Assembly: GCF_052425735.1 (NCBI RefSeq)
Contig: NC_135761.1
Location: forward strand, 58,962,001-59,026,000
Origin: Oculina patagonica
Lineage: Eukaryota
DNA: 64,000 bases
Direction: 5' to 3'
Translations under genes and position numbers: made by a program
Notes under the pieces: generated by a model
What the model saw: only the letters and a program-made list of their open reading frames with translations
Databases searched by the model: none
What the model was told of the DNA's origin: nothing
In this document: positions 37,499 through 58,973 of the stretch, in pieces
Layout of the letters: every line of letters begins with the position of its first letter
How positions within the stretch are numbered: the stretch's first letter is position 1

Positions 37499-39879
37499 CA
37501 CGGACCCGGCAAAACTCGGAATTTCAGGCAAGGGTGGAGAATCAAAAAAGGTGCAGATTCAATGATCCGTGACCTTATATAAACAGGTGTTAGCCATTAA
37601 AACCGCTTTGCTTGGATCATTTGTCAATTTAATGTGCCCGATATTTATTAAATAAGACTTGTCGACGCCTCGCTATTTCACTATGATTAATTAAGAAATG
37701 GTTTTGTGCTTTGAAGTTTGATTAAGATCTATTTGCAATTTTACAACAAGAAAGAAAATTGATTTTTGTCTACGTACAGTTGTTTGCTATCAACAAATCG
37801 CTGAAGCATTAAAGAGAGATTTAGTTCATGGATATCAGAAATGAGGCTTTTGAAAATGCCACTGTCTGCATACATTTCCAATCATTTTAAAAGCGCTTCT
37901 CCTTCTACATTGAAATCCCGATCGATTCCTTGAGCTCCCCGACAACTCGAACTAAAAGACTTTTTCCGACCCAATGGAATAAATCAGTGCGTTTCACACC
38001 GCATTGCTTAGAAAGGTAACAAAATCAAAAGATATTGAAAGATTATTTTCTGTATACGATGCTGCCAATGGAAAAACAAGGGAACCACGCAAAGACCTTA
38101 ACAGAAGAACTATCCTCTAAATTACAATAACTAATTGAAATACACTTAAACTGTTTCTTCGGGGCTTCTTTCTCTGTAGAAGAGCTATAATGTATTTCTG
38201 TACATTTTGTTTAAACTATTCACTGGATGTAGGGCAAACGTTATAAAAGCAATCAATACGTTGGTTCTTCTGTTGCCCTCATTTGTGTAGGTCTTGCCTA
38301 TGTAAACAAGGCTTACAACAACATTGCAGGGAATAAACAAGATAGCGCTAAATGATTGTGATAAATTTTAACTTATTCTATATTCATTCCAACACAAAAA
38401 AATAATAAACTCGTTTGATGCTTTTTTTTCATTATTGCTCACATTTTTTAGTTCTTTCTTTTTTAGAATTATTTCTCTTTTTTTATCCAAAGGACGTCTT
38501 GTGAGTTTCCGCTTCAAAACCAAGAATAACTCATTTATCCTAAGGCAAAATTTAACATCTGTATTGCGTGGTCCGAAAACGTTTACAAAATGGTTGTTGT
38601 TTAATTCAGACTCCTTTTCGACTTGCAATGACACTTAAGCAATGTGAGAAGTCTAACTTAAGATAACTACTTAAATATCTAGGCACTCGAACATGAATTG
38701 CGTTTTATGAATAGTTTTCGTAATTATGTATAGCTGCCTCGAAGCCGAGAACGAATGAAGCAGGTATTTAAACAATCAAAATGCTAAACAGGAACAAGTA
38801 AAATTATTTACATTGACATATCCGGCTTATTGCTGCCTAAGTGAATTCCAGAAAAGTTTTTTTCACCGCTAATGATCGGAAGTAAGGTGGACTTAAAAAT
38901 TGTATATTTTCTGAGCCTAAAAAATAGGAAATAAACCTTCTTATAAGGGGCTGGTTTAATAATTTAGCAAACTTATTTAAGGTTGCCCGGGGGCATTCAT
39001 CAAGCTGAAAGGTCCTTTTTATAAGTCACGTTTTTGAACAGCAAAACCGTTATCGATTTCTTAGAGATTTCACAATTTGAGAGAAGAATCTTAAAATAAT
39101 ACAAAGTTATAAATTTTGTGGCAATCGGGCATGATTTGCTTAAGTTTGGTTGTAAGCGGTTTACGAAGCCTGCGTACAATAGCCTCAAACAAGGTGCAAA
39201 ACAGTTAAAGTTTACTCACAACAAGTTACATGATAATCTAACCGAAGACGTCTTCATGTTTCTCTTAAAACTGGTCTCTCGCTGACTCTTTTTTAATTGC
39301 CGCACAATACTTATACTGACCCACTACCCGCCCCTTTTAGGGCTGATATCACTTAAAACTTTAGTGTAAAAGTCTGAAAGAGACTCGATCCCATCAAATC
39401 TTATCAATCAACAATGATGGGTGGTTTTATACCGACCGCCGAATAAAAATCAAACAAATTGTATGCTTTCAACTTTCAAAGAACTCTCAATTTGTTTTGC
39501 ATTCTTTTTAAGGTGGAGTTAGAACATGTCATATCAAAGGTGAAAATGTATAAAAAATATGTTCCTCAAAGCCTTTGGCAACAGTATGGTGCGCATTGCT
39601 AATGTAGCTTAGCAAGGGTCTTGCACTAGCTAGTTTTGTGCCAGTATCATAATTGTAGCTCTTTATTTCGGCAATGAATCCAGCTTGTGTGCAAAGAATA
39701 TGACCACATTCAATTATCGGTGAGCACGATTACGGAGACAACTTCATGTACGATAAAACTGACAATCTCACCCTTCTGCAAGATGTAGATACATCAATTC
39801 AATAAAAAAAACAAATCATACGTTATATTATGGAAGAAATGGTATAAAACCTCACAGTTCAACTTATACCAATTTGATA

Positions 39880-40095
39880 CTCTCTATCTCTCTCTATCTC
39901 TATATCTCTTCATGCCATAAGGCACATAAGGCTTTCACATTCTCTTTCCACCCACTACGATTTGCTGCAAGGGCTCTAACATTCGCCCATGACTGCCACC
40001 CAGCTGTTTGCCTTTCACCTTCAACCATCCTCCTCAAAGTTGTTTTGGTCGACCCGGTCTTCTTCTCCCTTCTAGCCTCCACTCCAAAACAGTGA
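39880..40095 (-). mobile_element. 3' tail of RTE-clade non-LTR retrotransposon
   Basis: Frameshifted LEWRLEGRRRPGRP/KTTLRRMVEGERQTAGWQSWANVRALAANRSGWKENVKALCA followed by a short AG-rich microsatellite tail. Confidence 0.8.
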
Positions 40096-41557
40096 AGTTC
40101 ATCATATATGGTAGCTTAACTAAGCTAATATTTTCCAAAGACGGTGAAGCCTTTGCTTGCGCTCCAGGATTGACCACAGTCGCAAAAATGAAGACCGGCG
40201 TACCACCATCTGCATGGTAGAGCCGTTCTGAAGAGCGAAAAGCGAACAAAAAACAGCGAACATCAAATAAAGAACAGCGAATGAACACTCTAGCTGGCCA
40301 AAGACGACAACAACTTCTCTGTCAAGCTAAAAATCTAGACGATGGAAAGTCTCCTTAAAAGAAACTGTTTGCCACCAAAAATCAGGCGGCCACCCCTGTT
40401 TGTGGAGGTCACTACAAAAGCCTCCATACTCGCACTCCCGGTATTGTCCCACTGTCTAGGCGAAAAATATGGCCCAGTATGCCAAACTCTGGCCTGCACT
40501 TTGGGATCTTATTTCGACTAAATTCTTTCCGCTCCCCTACCAGATAGGCACTGGAGTCCATTCGCTAATCCTCTGCTGGGGCTATTTGTGGGAAATTTTT
40601 GTATCCGTGCAGCCGCAAATGTGTTTTCGTTGCGCATTGTGAAATATATAGAAGATAAACAAATTGGACTTTAATAGGGACTTTTTGGTAGATAACGAAT
40701 TTTAGCTTTTTTACATTATAGACATATTTGTATCTAGATTTTTTTCCTCCACAATTGAATTTTACACTTTTAAATATTTCTAATGAAATTTATTTTTACT
40801 GTTAATGTGTAGCATTTTATTTTTTCACACGGAGAATTAGCCGCGGTTGCAAATCAAATGTTAGAGACTCCACCGCCCGAGCCAAAGGCGCCATAGGCAA
40901 AGACACCCGTTTCGCGACTAGCCTTCCCGCTCGCAGAACTAACAAACGCGAATGGTTTGTACCAGATCTTGGAAAATGTCTTAGCTTTGCGAGAGGAATG
41001 GATGTTTTGTACGTTAGAGATGCAGGAAAGCCACTTCGAAGATTGAAAGCATTGGCAGCGATTTGGAGAGGCTCGAAGAAGAGGTAGGCGAAACCAAAGA
41101 CGCCATTCTCAAAAACAACATCAAAAAAGTACCGACAAAATTGCAGCACCTGCTTGCGGTCGCTCGCTTTCAGTACTGCAAAATCTGTTGTTGTGGGCTT
41201 ACCCGATGATTTTGGGATTGTTCTGTTGGTTGGAACAGCCGCAGTTTTCCTGTAGAAAAGCGTCTCTAAATTTAAGAGCGCATTAGTTGGTGAGCAAGGC
41301 AAGCGCTTCCCATGCAAAATCTTTGCCGAAAAGGTCAGAGCAAGAGACACGGTGGGAGCCGCCGCTGCCGCAGGAGCCACAAGAGCTACAGAAGCTGCAG
41401 TAGGAAGTCAAAGAAGAGGGTAATTTGCCACATAGACAAGAGATTATCATCGATGTGCCTCAACTTGCATTCACCTATGCATGCACCATCCTTGTAACGA
41501 CAACCTTTCAGGGATTATACGAAATATTAAAAAATTACAGTCAGGATTCATGATATG

Positions 41558-43094
41558 AAAAAGACGTGAAATGTTTGACACTGGCTTCTTAAAAAACTTA
41601 AAAACAAACGTTTTGTTAAGATACTTGAAAGACGTTTCGACCTTATATCTCAGGTCTTCATCGCTTTGGGTGGAATGAGCAAGTGTAACAATTGATCAAG
41701 TCCAAAAGTTATGCAAATATGCTAGCGTGCGAGAAGACAGCAAATGTTTATGAAGAGAAGCGTAAATTTCAGGAAGTTCTACGTGATCATTTCCTGAGTT
41801 GGGGTCTCTTTGGGAACTCCATGCTTCCAGAAATAGTCTTTTGTGATAGTTTCTCGCTCTGTCAATGACCTCAATGGTTTCAAAATCCATGTTGTGCTCG
41901 TGTTGATGAACGTGTTGCGCGATCTTAGCATCAAATTTACGAACTGCTGTGCTGAGATCCTTAATTTTAGTACTAACAGCTCTTCCCGTTTGCCCATAAT
42001 ACACGAAATCGTAGTTTAAACAATGTTTTCTGTAAACAACATCCCTTGTTTCTTGCGGTGTAATTCTGTCTTTTGGTCTTGAAAAAAGGTGACACAAATG
42101 CACAAAGGAGGTGAACAGGTCCTCAAGGCTTTGGCAGACAATAATTATTCTGGAAGCTTTATTAAGAAGTGTGACTGCAAAAGAGAATCGTGGCCTCCAA
42201 CTTCTGAAATCCATAACGCATCCGCTAATCCTCAACCGTCCGAGCAGAATCTCGATGTTTTACCCATACATAAAAGGTACCTCGGAGAGATTTCTAGAGT
42301 ACTTCAAAAGGAGGGCGTTAAAGTTTGCTACCAGCCTGTTTTAACATTGCATCACCATTTTCCAAGACCAAAGACAGAATTACATCGCAAGAAACAAGGG
42401 ATGTTTTTTACAGAATAAACTGTTTAAACTGCGATTTCGTAAATTATGGGCAAACCGGAAGAGCTGTCAGTACTAGAATTTTGGAACACAAAAGAGCAGT
42501 TCGTACTTTTGATGCTAATTCGAAGATCGATCGCGCAACACGTACATCAACATGACCGGCACAACATGGATTTTGAAAAAATTTAGATCATTGACAAAGC
42601 GAGAAACTATCACAAACGACTATTTCTGGAAGCATGGTATTCCCAAAGAGACGCCAACTCAGGGAATGGCCGCGTAGACATTCATGACACGATTCTGTCA
42701 TAATGTTCGCTAAAAAGGTAAAAATATTATTTACAAGGCCAAAAAGGTTTAAAAAGGAACCGAACGTTTTCGACTTGTTGTCATCATCAGGGTGATGATG
42801 ATGACAACAAGTCGAAAACGTTCGGTTCCTTTTTAAAATTTTATAACCTTTTTAGCCTTGTAAATAATATTTTTACTTACGATACTCTTCATTTACTTTT
42901 GCTGTGTTCTCGCACATTAGCATATATATTTGCATAACTTTTGGACCTTTATTCATTGTTACACTTGCTCATCCCACCCAAAATGATAAAGACCTAAGAT
43001 ATTAGGTCGAAACGTCTTTCAAGTTTCTTAACAAAACGTTTGTTTTTAGGTTTTTAAGAATCGAAGCCAATGTCAAACATTAATCACGTTTTTT
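41558..43094. mobile_element. Penelope-like retroelement relic with inverted (outward-facing) GIY-YIG/pLTR arms
   Basis: VVYRKHCLNYDFVYYGQTGRAVSTKIK..IAQHVHQHEHNMDF..RLFLEAW on the minus strand and a frameshifted homolog on the plus strand; junction near 42090; decayed hammerhead motifs at about 41628-41670 and 42978-43020. Confidence 0.85.
42759..42793 (-). ncRNA. Minimal type I hammerhead ribozyme within nested palindrome 42718-42876
   Basis: Minus strand ACC-CUGAUGA-U-GAC aacaa GUC-GAAA-ACG-UUC-GGU: intact core, palindromic AACGUU stem III. Confidence 0.7.
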
Positions 43095-44816
43095 CTAAAA
43101 AATTTCAGGGAACGAATGAGATAACAGCGATAAATAATCGTAACTATCTTAATTCCAACAGAAAAACAACGAAACTTGTTTGATGCTTTCTTTTTATTGC
43201 TTACGTTTTTATTTCTTTCTTCTTCATCTGTTTATTTATTCTTGACCAAAGGATTTCTTGAGAGACGCTGCTTTAACACTTAGTTATTCTAAGGCAAAAC
43301 TTAAGCTTTCCATTGCATGATGAGGGAAAGTTTTACATATAGCTGTCACTTAAATCAGACTTCTTTTGGACTCGTAACGACACTGGCTCAGTATAAGTAT
43401 CACATTTGTTCGAAAAATTAAAACAGGCTCAAAAATAAATAAATTTTAAGAGCAAACTTAAGAACGCGCACGTTTGGGAAATCTACGGTTTGGGTTATCA
43501 TTTAACCTGTTATGAGCAAACTTAAACTTTTTGGCACCTTTTTTGAGGCTATCGAAATAATTCACCGTGACATATGAAAAATAGCTACATCAGTTCTTTT
43601 TAAAACGGAGGCTGTATCAAATCGACTTTAATTGTCACAAAATCATTATAATATCAAATTATGAAGTTTCTTAGAAATAGATCAAAGTTTTGTTATTCAA
43701 AAACGTGATCTTTATAAAGACCTTTCGGTCCACTTTAAGTTTGCTATTTTTAAGCCGGCCACTTTGAACTTATAGGGAGGTATGTATTTCCTTATTTAAA
43801 TTTTAGGCAAGGAACATATACAATTTTTTAAATTAAGTTCTATGTTACCTCCGATCGTTTGCGGTAAAAAATCCTTTTATGGTTCACTTATGCAGCAATA
43901 AGCCGGAATTGTCGTTTAAAAGTATGTTATTCATTCCTCTTTAATTACAATATTGATAATTTAAATATCTGCCGCATCCGTTATCCAAGGCCAAGGCCTT
44001 ACATAACCACGAAAACAAAACAATAACGCATATCATGCCTGCGTGCTAAAAGAATACCAATTTTTATTATATATCTCAGATAGTGTTCGTGCTGTCATTG
44101 GTCAATTTTGGGGGTTGGATTCTGCAGTACAGCCCGCGAAATTTGACAGTTCTCCTGATGCCAGGTTTGCAAGTTTGTTTGAGTCAACATGTCTTACGAA
44201 GAAAATTTAAAAACCTGCTCAACCTATTTTCTTGGCAGTTAGGTAATGAACTAGGAGAAATCTACACACACGCTAGCCATAGCAGTGTGCTCAGAAGAAA
44301 AACTGGTTTCAGTTCTAGTAAATGCGTGATCAGAAATGGCCGAAACATTTCCCCTCTTTATGAGTGTATCATGTTTAAAAAAAAATGCTTGAAAACTAAG
44401 GTGATCAAAAGAGGTTGTGATGTAACGGTATAAGAAATAAACAGGCCCGATAAACAACTGGATGTTGTGTCGATGTAGAAACTTCTCCGTTTCAACTACA
44501 ATTTCTGTCGAGCAAAAACAATTTGTAAATCATGGTGACAACTAAAGCCGAGGTCTAGTGGTGTTAAATTTTCCTTAAAACAGCTGTTTGTATTCACCAA
44601 TGTCACCCACCAGTTCGCAATTGGAACGAAGCGGCCTAAAGGGCCTTTGAAAAATGACTCTACTACAACAAATAATGCAACATGGAAGCTTTATTCTGCA
44701 ACTGTAACATCCAAGATTGATAGGTGTTCAAATTACGAACACTTCAAAGTTTTAAACTATTGTTACAACCAGATAACATGCACTTTTCTTGACTAGACAA
44801 AAAACGATCCTCATTT

Positions 44817-51865
<7,049 letters not shown>

Positions 51866-53607
51866 TTCACTTCTATTCGCTTTTAAACAAGTTCTGCGTC
51901 GCACTCGACTTCCAAACGACAAGTCCAATGTTTGCTTGCTTTGCCGTAATTGTAGTTTTTGCTAGCCATCACTTTGAAGAAATGCCTGAACAAGCTGTTT
52001 TAATAAGCCGTGGCAACCCAGTGAAGTACTGATTGACTCAGCTGTACATTTCCATATAAACAAGCTTCGGATTTTGTCATTCAGTAATATATTACACAAT
52101 ACTAAATTGCAAATTAAACTGGAAGCCAAGGTAGCATTTTATGCAAAAATTACACTAGGGAGTGTTACAAGTGTTATACAATCCCAAATAAAGCATGCAA
52201 AAATGTAACTACACGATGGATAAAAATCGCAAAAGGGTAACTGCTATTTCAGTAACAGAGAAGCCGAGGTTTTGAAATTTCATGAGTAAAATTTAAAGGT
52301 GTCTCATTCCGCACGCAATTCTTTGACATTAGACCCGAAGCGTTTTTTGCTGATGTTAAAAAAACTGTAAATGTACTTTTATTTACTCACTGTATTAAAC
52401 ACAAAAGAGCTCTTAAGTGCTCATTAAAAACTGTACATGCACGCTTTTCACACTTTATTTCACACCTTACACGCATTTATCTTTTGTCCTTTTTACAACA
52501 TGTATAGTTGAGTGGCCCGCAGGTAGGAGTGGTTAACCTAGACGGGTCATTTAAGAAAATAAAATAAACAAAAATAATTATTTTAATGAAAGATAACACA
52601 TTTTAAATTAAAGATAAGCCAGAATAAAAGTTAGTTGCAGTCAGTAGCAGTTATAGATTTATCATTATTTGGATAGACCTGTTTTTTTAATGTACGGTGG
52701 CGTTGTGATATAGTTGTTTTCATTTCAAACTATTAACAAGAAGTCGACGGAGTTCTCTTTTAAGACTTTCCTTGGCTCTCTTTGGAAAATCTCTAATATT
52801 AACCCGTTTCCATTCTATAATTTTTATCCGTTGTATGGTCACGTGTTTGGCATGTTTATATTAGAATTATGTAATACTCCTTATTGAATGGCTCGCGTAT
52901 AGAACCCCGATCTCTAAAATTTTTTTTAGCTCAAAACATAGCAAAACAGAAATTAATAAGAAAGTGACAATGTACGGATTTCTCTCTCGAGTCCGGAACC
53001 ATTTTTTTTTAGCTTGTGAAGAGAAATGTTTGTTAAATTAGGCTATGCGCAAAATTGTAAAACTAAAACCGAAGGTGGCATTAAATTTAATAGGTTATAT
53101 GATAAAATGTTCAGTAGTCCTCCCGTCAGGCCGCGCTGGTGTCCAGTTCTCTCGCGAATACGAGGAAATGGAGGGCTGTGAACAGTCTATTAACATGTTT
53201 CAGCTTCACCACGCAGAAGACAACATGAACAAAAACCATTTAGTTTATTTGGCAGTTTTGGCCGAGCACCGGGAACTATAACGATACGTTATACTTCCAT
53301 ATCTTACTTCATCCTAGTATGCGATACGTAACGTGATATAAAGCTGAGCGAAAGTTTACAATGATACTACTCTTAGACGGAGGCCACAAAAACCCTGCCG
53401 AAAAAAGACCCGGTGGAGAAAAAACTCGCAGGAATTCTTGGTAGGAACCATGGCTTAAGCTTGAAAACATCGCCACCCGCATTGACTAAAATAAAGGTCT
53501 CATGTACGGCAACGAAAAACGACATGCTTAAAAGTAAATATCCAAAACTGAAACTTAAATATAACGAAAGCTTAAAGAGGTGTCGGCCTAGAATGACTGC
53601 CAACGTT

Positions 53608-55248
53608 AGCAGGAGGGCATTTTGCGTGCGCATGCGTCGATATGGACTAGTGCGCACGACAGAGAAGTTCTGCTATCGATTGTTTACATATTTTCCACAA
53701 TTTATGGCCTAATTTCTAGCTCAAAATGAAACGTGTTTTAAGTTTTACTTGCTGTATACAATACTAAGAGTCCTTGCTTTATCTTCTGACAACAACAAGC
53801 AAAGTTTGGTGTCGGCGTGCTGTTTATCTGATCGACTTTGGCTATGTGTATTAAACATTGCACGTGGACAAAATGGCGACCGAATGTCGAGAACCTAAAT
53901 ACCTTGCCCATGTTTTTAATAGCCGGAAGATCTAAACGGACAAAGCGCTACGGCTACTTAGTACTAAAGTATAAAACAGCAATTTTAACTATACGATGTT
54001 ATAATCAAGTATCCCGGGTTTGAGCGAGTGGTCATGATTTTGTTCAGATTTGTTATAAAACTACAATTTAGTCGTTCTCAAAATGCAAAAATCTCAAAAT
54101 CTAGCCTTGATCTCCAGCGTCTACCGATGATATATGGAGCCTGAAGTACTTAAACTATCGTCTAATGCTGCGAAGGTAGCGTTAAAAAATGGTCAATTGT
54201 GGAAATTTTTAGCTTTCTTTAACGTACGTTCTCGCTGGTTTATCCTAACAGAGAAACTATCGTTTGTGATTATTTCCTTAAACGTGAGCATTGGTCAAAA
54301 TAACTTCACATTTCGATGATACCACAATTATTCTGTTGAACAAGAAAATAATTACTGCGATCGGTCTTAATTTTAAAGTGTTATGGTAATTCTTTGCTGG
54401 TAGACTATTTGTTTACATTTTACTATGTTAATTAGTACATTTTTGGCTCCTTTATCAAAATCTAGCCTTGATCACCAGTCAAAAAATAGCATGAAACGAA
54501 CAAGCTATATATATATTTTTCAGAAACGTTCTAATAACTGCTGTATAAAATGTCTTAAGAAATAATTTTTAACTATAAACAATGTTATTTTCAATTTTTC
54601 ATTCAACGTTTATTTCATTAAGTTTGATGTTCATTTTGTTATAACGGCTGTTTTACTTCTGTGTCGCCTAAATGTGTTTTAAAGAACTGCAGGTCTTGTT
54701 CCAGGAAACCCTGTTTGCCAGTCGAGGGCAAGTTGGCTTTGCTTTGGAGTCATCAGTGAGCTGCATTATCATGTGCAGAACACCCAAACATGTCGTTCCC
54801 CTCAGGGAAAACCCTTTTCTTTGGTGGCCGTCCCTTTAGGCAAAAAATCACCCGACAAGCTATAATATTGCTCGCACTCTGCCTGTATTACAGCAATTGA
54901 TTTGATGTGAAGTTTTGATCCTAATATATCACGCTCCAGCACACGGATAAATGTTTTCCTCTTTTTACGGCCTGTTTAATTTTTGTCGGTGAAGGCTTTC
55001 CTACCTGTCCCACATATTTTCCCATTATTTGCAACAACGATCCCGAAGCTGGCCAGAAAATCTGCTTTATAAGAGCCTTGCCACACACAAAACACTTTTT
55101 CTTAGCGAAATTTAGGCCTATATTAAATTATGTGACGATAAACAGTACAAAAAACAAAGTTTGAATCTTCCGCGCCATTTTTATTCCCAAGATCACGCGG
55201 TCTTTGTACAGCGGTTGCACGCATGCGCACGCAAAATGCCCTCCTGCT
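53608..55248. mobile_element. 1.64-kb non-autonomous DNA transposon, 9-bp TSD (Mutator-like)
   Basis: 29-bp TIR agcaggagggcattttgcgtgcgcatgcg; TSD gccaacgtt at 53599-53607 and 55249-55257. Confidence 0.85.
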
Positions 55249-55722
55249 GCCAACGTTATATTCATCTTTTATATAGCCCTTCCCCACACACTTGCTTACT
55301 TCGATTGGACTAGCCCCAGTCCCCACTCGGAAGTTCTCTTCTATTCACTCAAACCCAGTGACCGACTGTTAATAGGCAAACTCACAATCTGATTGGCCAG
55401 GCAAGCACGGTCTAGTTTTCGATAGACTGCCTTGAAAGCGCGCACAAGTCCAATTGCCGAAGTCACAAACGAAAACTAGAAATAAACAACTTTCCGCATT
55501 TAACTTTTTGTTGAATATATCTGTCTCTGGGTTATGCTTAAACAATGAGACGGCTCGCTTTCGGTTTCCATGGGCTTTTTATCGTTTTTCGCCTCTTATT
55601 CTCGCCACTTATCAGCCGATAGAAACCTCGAGCTTGCCGTCTTATTGTTAAAAAGTGTATAATTATAATGAATAAAGAAAAAATTGCAAGGCCGATTGAA
55701 CGGTTTGGGACTGTATTGAAAT

Positions 55723-55761
55723 TCCAATATTTCGGAAGGCACGGCCTTCCTTCTTCAGGGT
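55723..55761 (-). ncRNA. Minimal type I hammerhead ribozyme (probable Penelope pLTR remnant)
   Basis: Minus strand CC-CUGAAGA-A-GGAAGGC cgu GCCUUCC-GAAA-U-AUU-GG: intact core, 7-bp stem II, weak stem I. Confidence 0.65.
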
Positions 55762-58700
55762 CTTACAAAGAATGACTCTAAAGGTTAAACGTTACAGATA
55801 TAAAATGTGGGAAATACGATACAACGCGTAAATAACAATGGTAGAAAAACAAAAACGTTAAAATTTGAAATTTGAAAGGATAAAGAGACGTTACAACATG
55901 AAATTAAAGAAGATATACATATATAATAAGATGCTATAAATGGCACTAAAGACTTGAACACCGTAAGCTAATACTATAATAACAATATGAGTGTAAATAT
56001 AATTTGTTAAATGACACTGCGTGATCTCGCAAAGCAATTAAGTTTTCTTCCTTGCTGATCGGGGCACATAGCGTGAAATATTAATTCGAGCACAATTTGA
56101 TGCATCATGCTGAGTCATACAAAGCCAAAGTACAGCTGAAAGTACAATATTAAATATAAGTTTAGCTAAACGCCCCCTTTAGCTCACATGGCACTGTAGG
56201 TTATGAATTCTTATCAATGCTTAAAACAAAGGCAGCCACAGCATAAATGACTAAGTCGATTAAATCAATAAAGCCTCTTAATAATCCTTTGAAATGATAA
56301 GGAAACTCAAAAGAAACCCTAAGATCTACAGAGAAGACCGGAAATGCATTAAGCTCAAGAGAATAACGTACCCAACAGAAACTGTACTGTACATTTAAGA
56401 TGTAATCTTTCTATTTTTTGTCTCATTGATCTTTTTTTAGATTTAGACCAGCAACAAAAGGAACCAGCTGACAAGAGTCGCTAAAAATAGGGCGACCTAG
56501 CCACTTTTAAACATTTGCGTGAAAAAGAACTGAGCCATTGTTAGATAGTTAGAATATTCTGGAGCAAAGGTGATTTATTATAATGCACATATAAGATATT
56601 TTTTTAAAAAAAGGTCAATCGTTTTAATACCATGTTATTCAATTACATGTAAATATCAATGCTTCAGGGCATCATTGATCATAAATTTATGCCGATAAAA
56701 TGTAAATAAAACTACATGAAATTTTAAATTTGTCTTGCGTGATCTTTGCGCTCTTTTGCAGCGGTTTAACAGCTTTTTTATTTAAATAGATTTGTAGTTA
56801 TTGTTTCGGTGCTGTAGTTTTCAAGGTCATTGCTGTCTTTTGTAAAGTCATGTTTTAAGCCGTTTTTATTTGAAGACGATAAGGAAAATTATCCACTTGA
56901 GGGCAAGGCTTATTAAAACTGATAGCTGATAACTGCTGCCAAATTTGCAAAACGAGACACTTGAGACACTATAAAGAATGTTCACTATGAAAGAGAAAGA
57001 GTTATCGTCATACTCGGCCAGAGGGCTAGACATTCCTTCAATACAAGCACACATTTTACCATGCTGCACCAAACATTTAACCACAGCTTGATTTTAAAGT
57101 CTATTATGACGCTATTTTTTCTTTCTCTTACTCAGAAGTAACAATAAAACAGCACTCTACTAACCGAATGCACATTAAGGTGCATATTTCCATTTTTTAC
57201 CACCCCTTCACCTTGGCCTGTTAATTGCTGTAAATTTGCTGACATGACAACCATGACAAATAATGACAAACTTGACAGCAGGGGTATGCTGTCACATGAT
57301 TATTCCCGCTCACTTTACTCTCCGTCTAAAGTTCAACACTGCCCAACTCCGTAAATGCGGAAACGTACCGCAGAGAACACACGACGTGTCCGTATTAAGT
57401 CCCGAAGTAGAGAAATAAACAAGCTTACGGCGTGCATGGATGAAAATAGAAACAGTCGTATTTAAAATGTCCACAAACTGAACTGTAGTTAGTAAACAAT
57501 TCATGTTTGAATGCATGGATGACAGATTCAAGCACTTAACAAATAAAAGCGGTCGTGCATGTATCCATAAGGAGTTGGTGGAAAAAAGAGCATTGTTTAC
57601 TGTCAGAATATCTATAATTGCAGCAGGCTGGACAATACAGTAAAGTGGCTTTTTGTAACTTATAAGTCTTGATGTGATTAATGGCCCATTAATTTGTGTC
57701 GAGTGTGGTTTTCATTAATTGTGTTTACGAACGGAAAGTTGAATGCGGTCACATCTCGCGCATGTGCATTGATAGAACCCACCGTCAAGATGCTTGGCTG
57801 CAAAAATAATTGTTACTGTATGTTTCTTCTTATCGTGTTAAATTCTTTCCACGCAAAGTATCAAAGATCTAAACTACTTTCTTCAACCTGAATTGGTTGT
57901 AAATACTTGACAGGTTTGGGTTGGGCTCACTTTGGTCAAGCAATTTAGTAAAACGTAGCCATTAATGCTGGGTGCCCTTGAGTTTCTCAAAATAATTAAT
58001 TCAAAGGTGTAGGTATAATCAGATAATCAAATACTTCAAGCATTCTTGTGTCCTTATAAGCTTATCTGAACAGGTATCACGAATTGCCATACAAGTACTT
58101 AGAATGAAATCTACTTTAGGAATCAAAAAGTAGAGAATTACTCTAAGGTAATTTAAAGTGTTGTAAAGTAACCCAGGCCGTTTGGCTGAAAAAGGTTCTT
58201 GTAGCTCCTAACCAAAAAAATCTAGCTTCTAAATGACCAAATGCCGGCGGAGCTGCAAAGTGCTTAGCTGCGAATGCCTGCCACCACGATAAGAAAGACG
58301 AAGAACGACAGGAAGGTTCCAAGCTCCCCTCTTATTACCATTCCTCCTCATTTTCACCGTTCGTCCATCGTACGCGTACGTGACAACTATTACATGGTGC
58401 AGGCCAATCATTTTGTAAGGAACAGTTCTTATAATTCTGACAAGTAATAATGAATTTACCTGTTTTAATACTCTTTAAGGCATTTATTAATGTATCCGGC
58501 TATAGAGGTCTTAAAAATAATTTACCGATACATAAGGAAGGATTAAGAATGAAAGCTGCAAGACTGCCATTTTATAACTAAAAACAAAAGTTAGTTGCCT
58601 TGATGACTAAGCACTATATAAAACGTTATTATGTCTCTACTGTATGGAAATTAAACGACTGGATTGCTTCGATCGATGAACAAATTAGAACAAATCTGTC

Positions 58701-58973
58701 CTTAGTCAAATCCTCTGAATGAAATGTTTTGAAACGTCCGACGTAATGTTATTTACAAAGGCCCAACAAAAGAAAACGTTGTTGTTAGATGTAATAATTT
58801 AGCGGCTTGCTTTGAGTTCTAGGATCTTGTTATCAGGAAGGCCTTTGGTTTATGAAACACTTGCACCGGGGTATTCATGCTGGGATGAGCTGTTCTCTGT
58901 GTTCATAGGCCGTGAGATTAGAACTAAACTGCCGCCAATTGTCCGCGCGCCTGCTGAGTTCTTTCTTGTAGTC

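Noticed and set aside
40817-41380. 187-aa minus-strand ORF as a real gene
   Set aside because: GTG start, no recognisable domain; the opposite strand looks more protein-like
38325-44050. Similarity between about 38325-39170 and 43105-44050 as termini of one large element
   Set aside because: Part direct, part inverted, highly diverged and with no TSD; more likely two old copies of one repeat family
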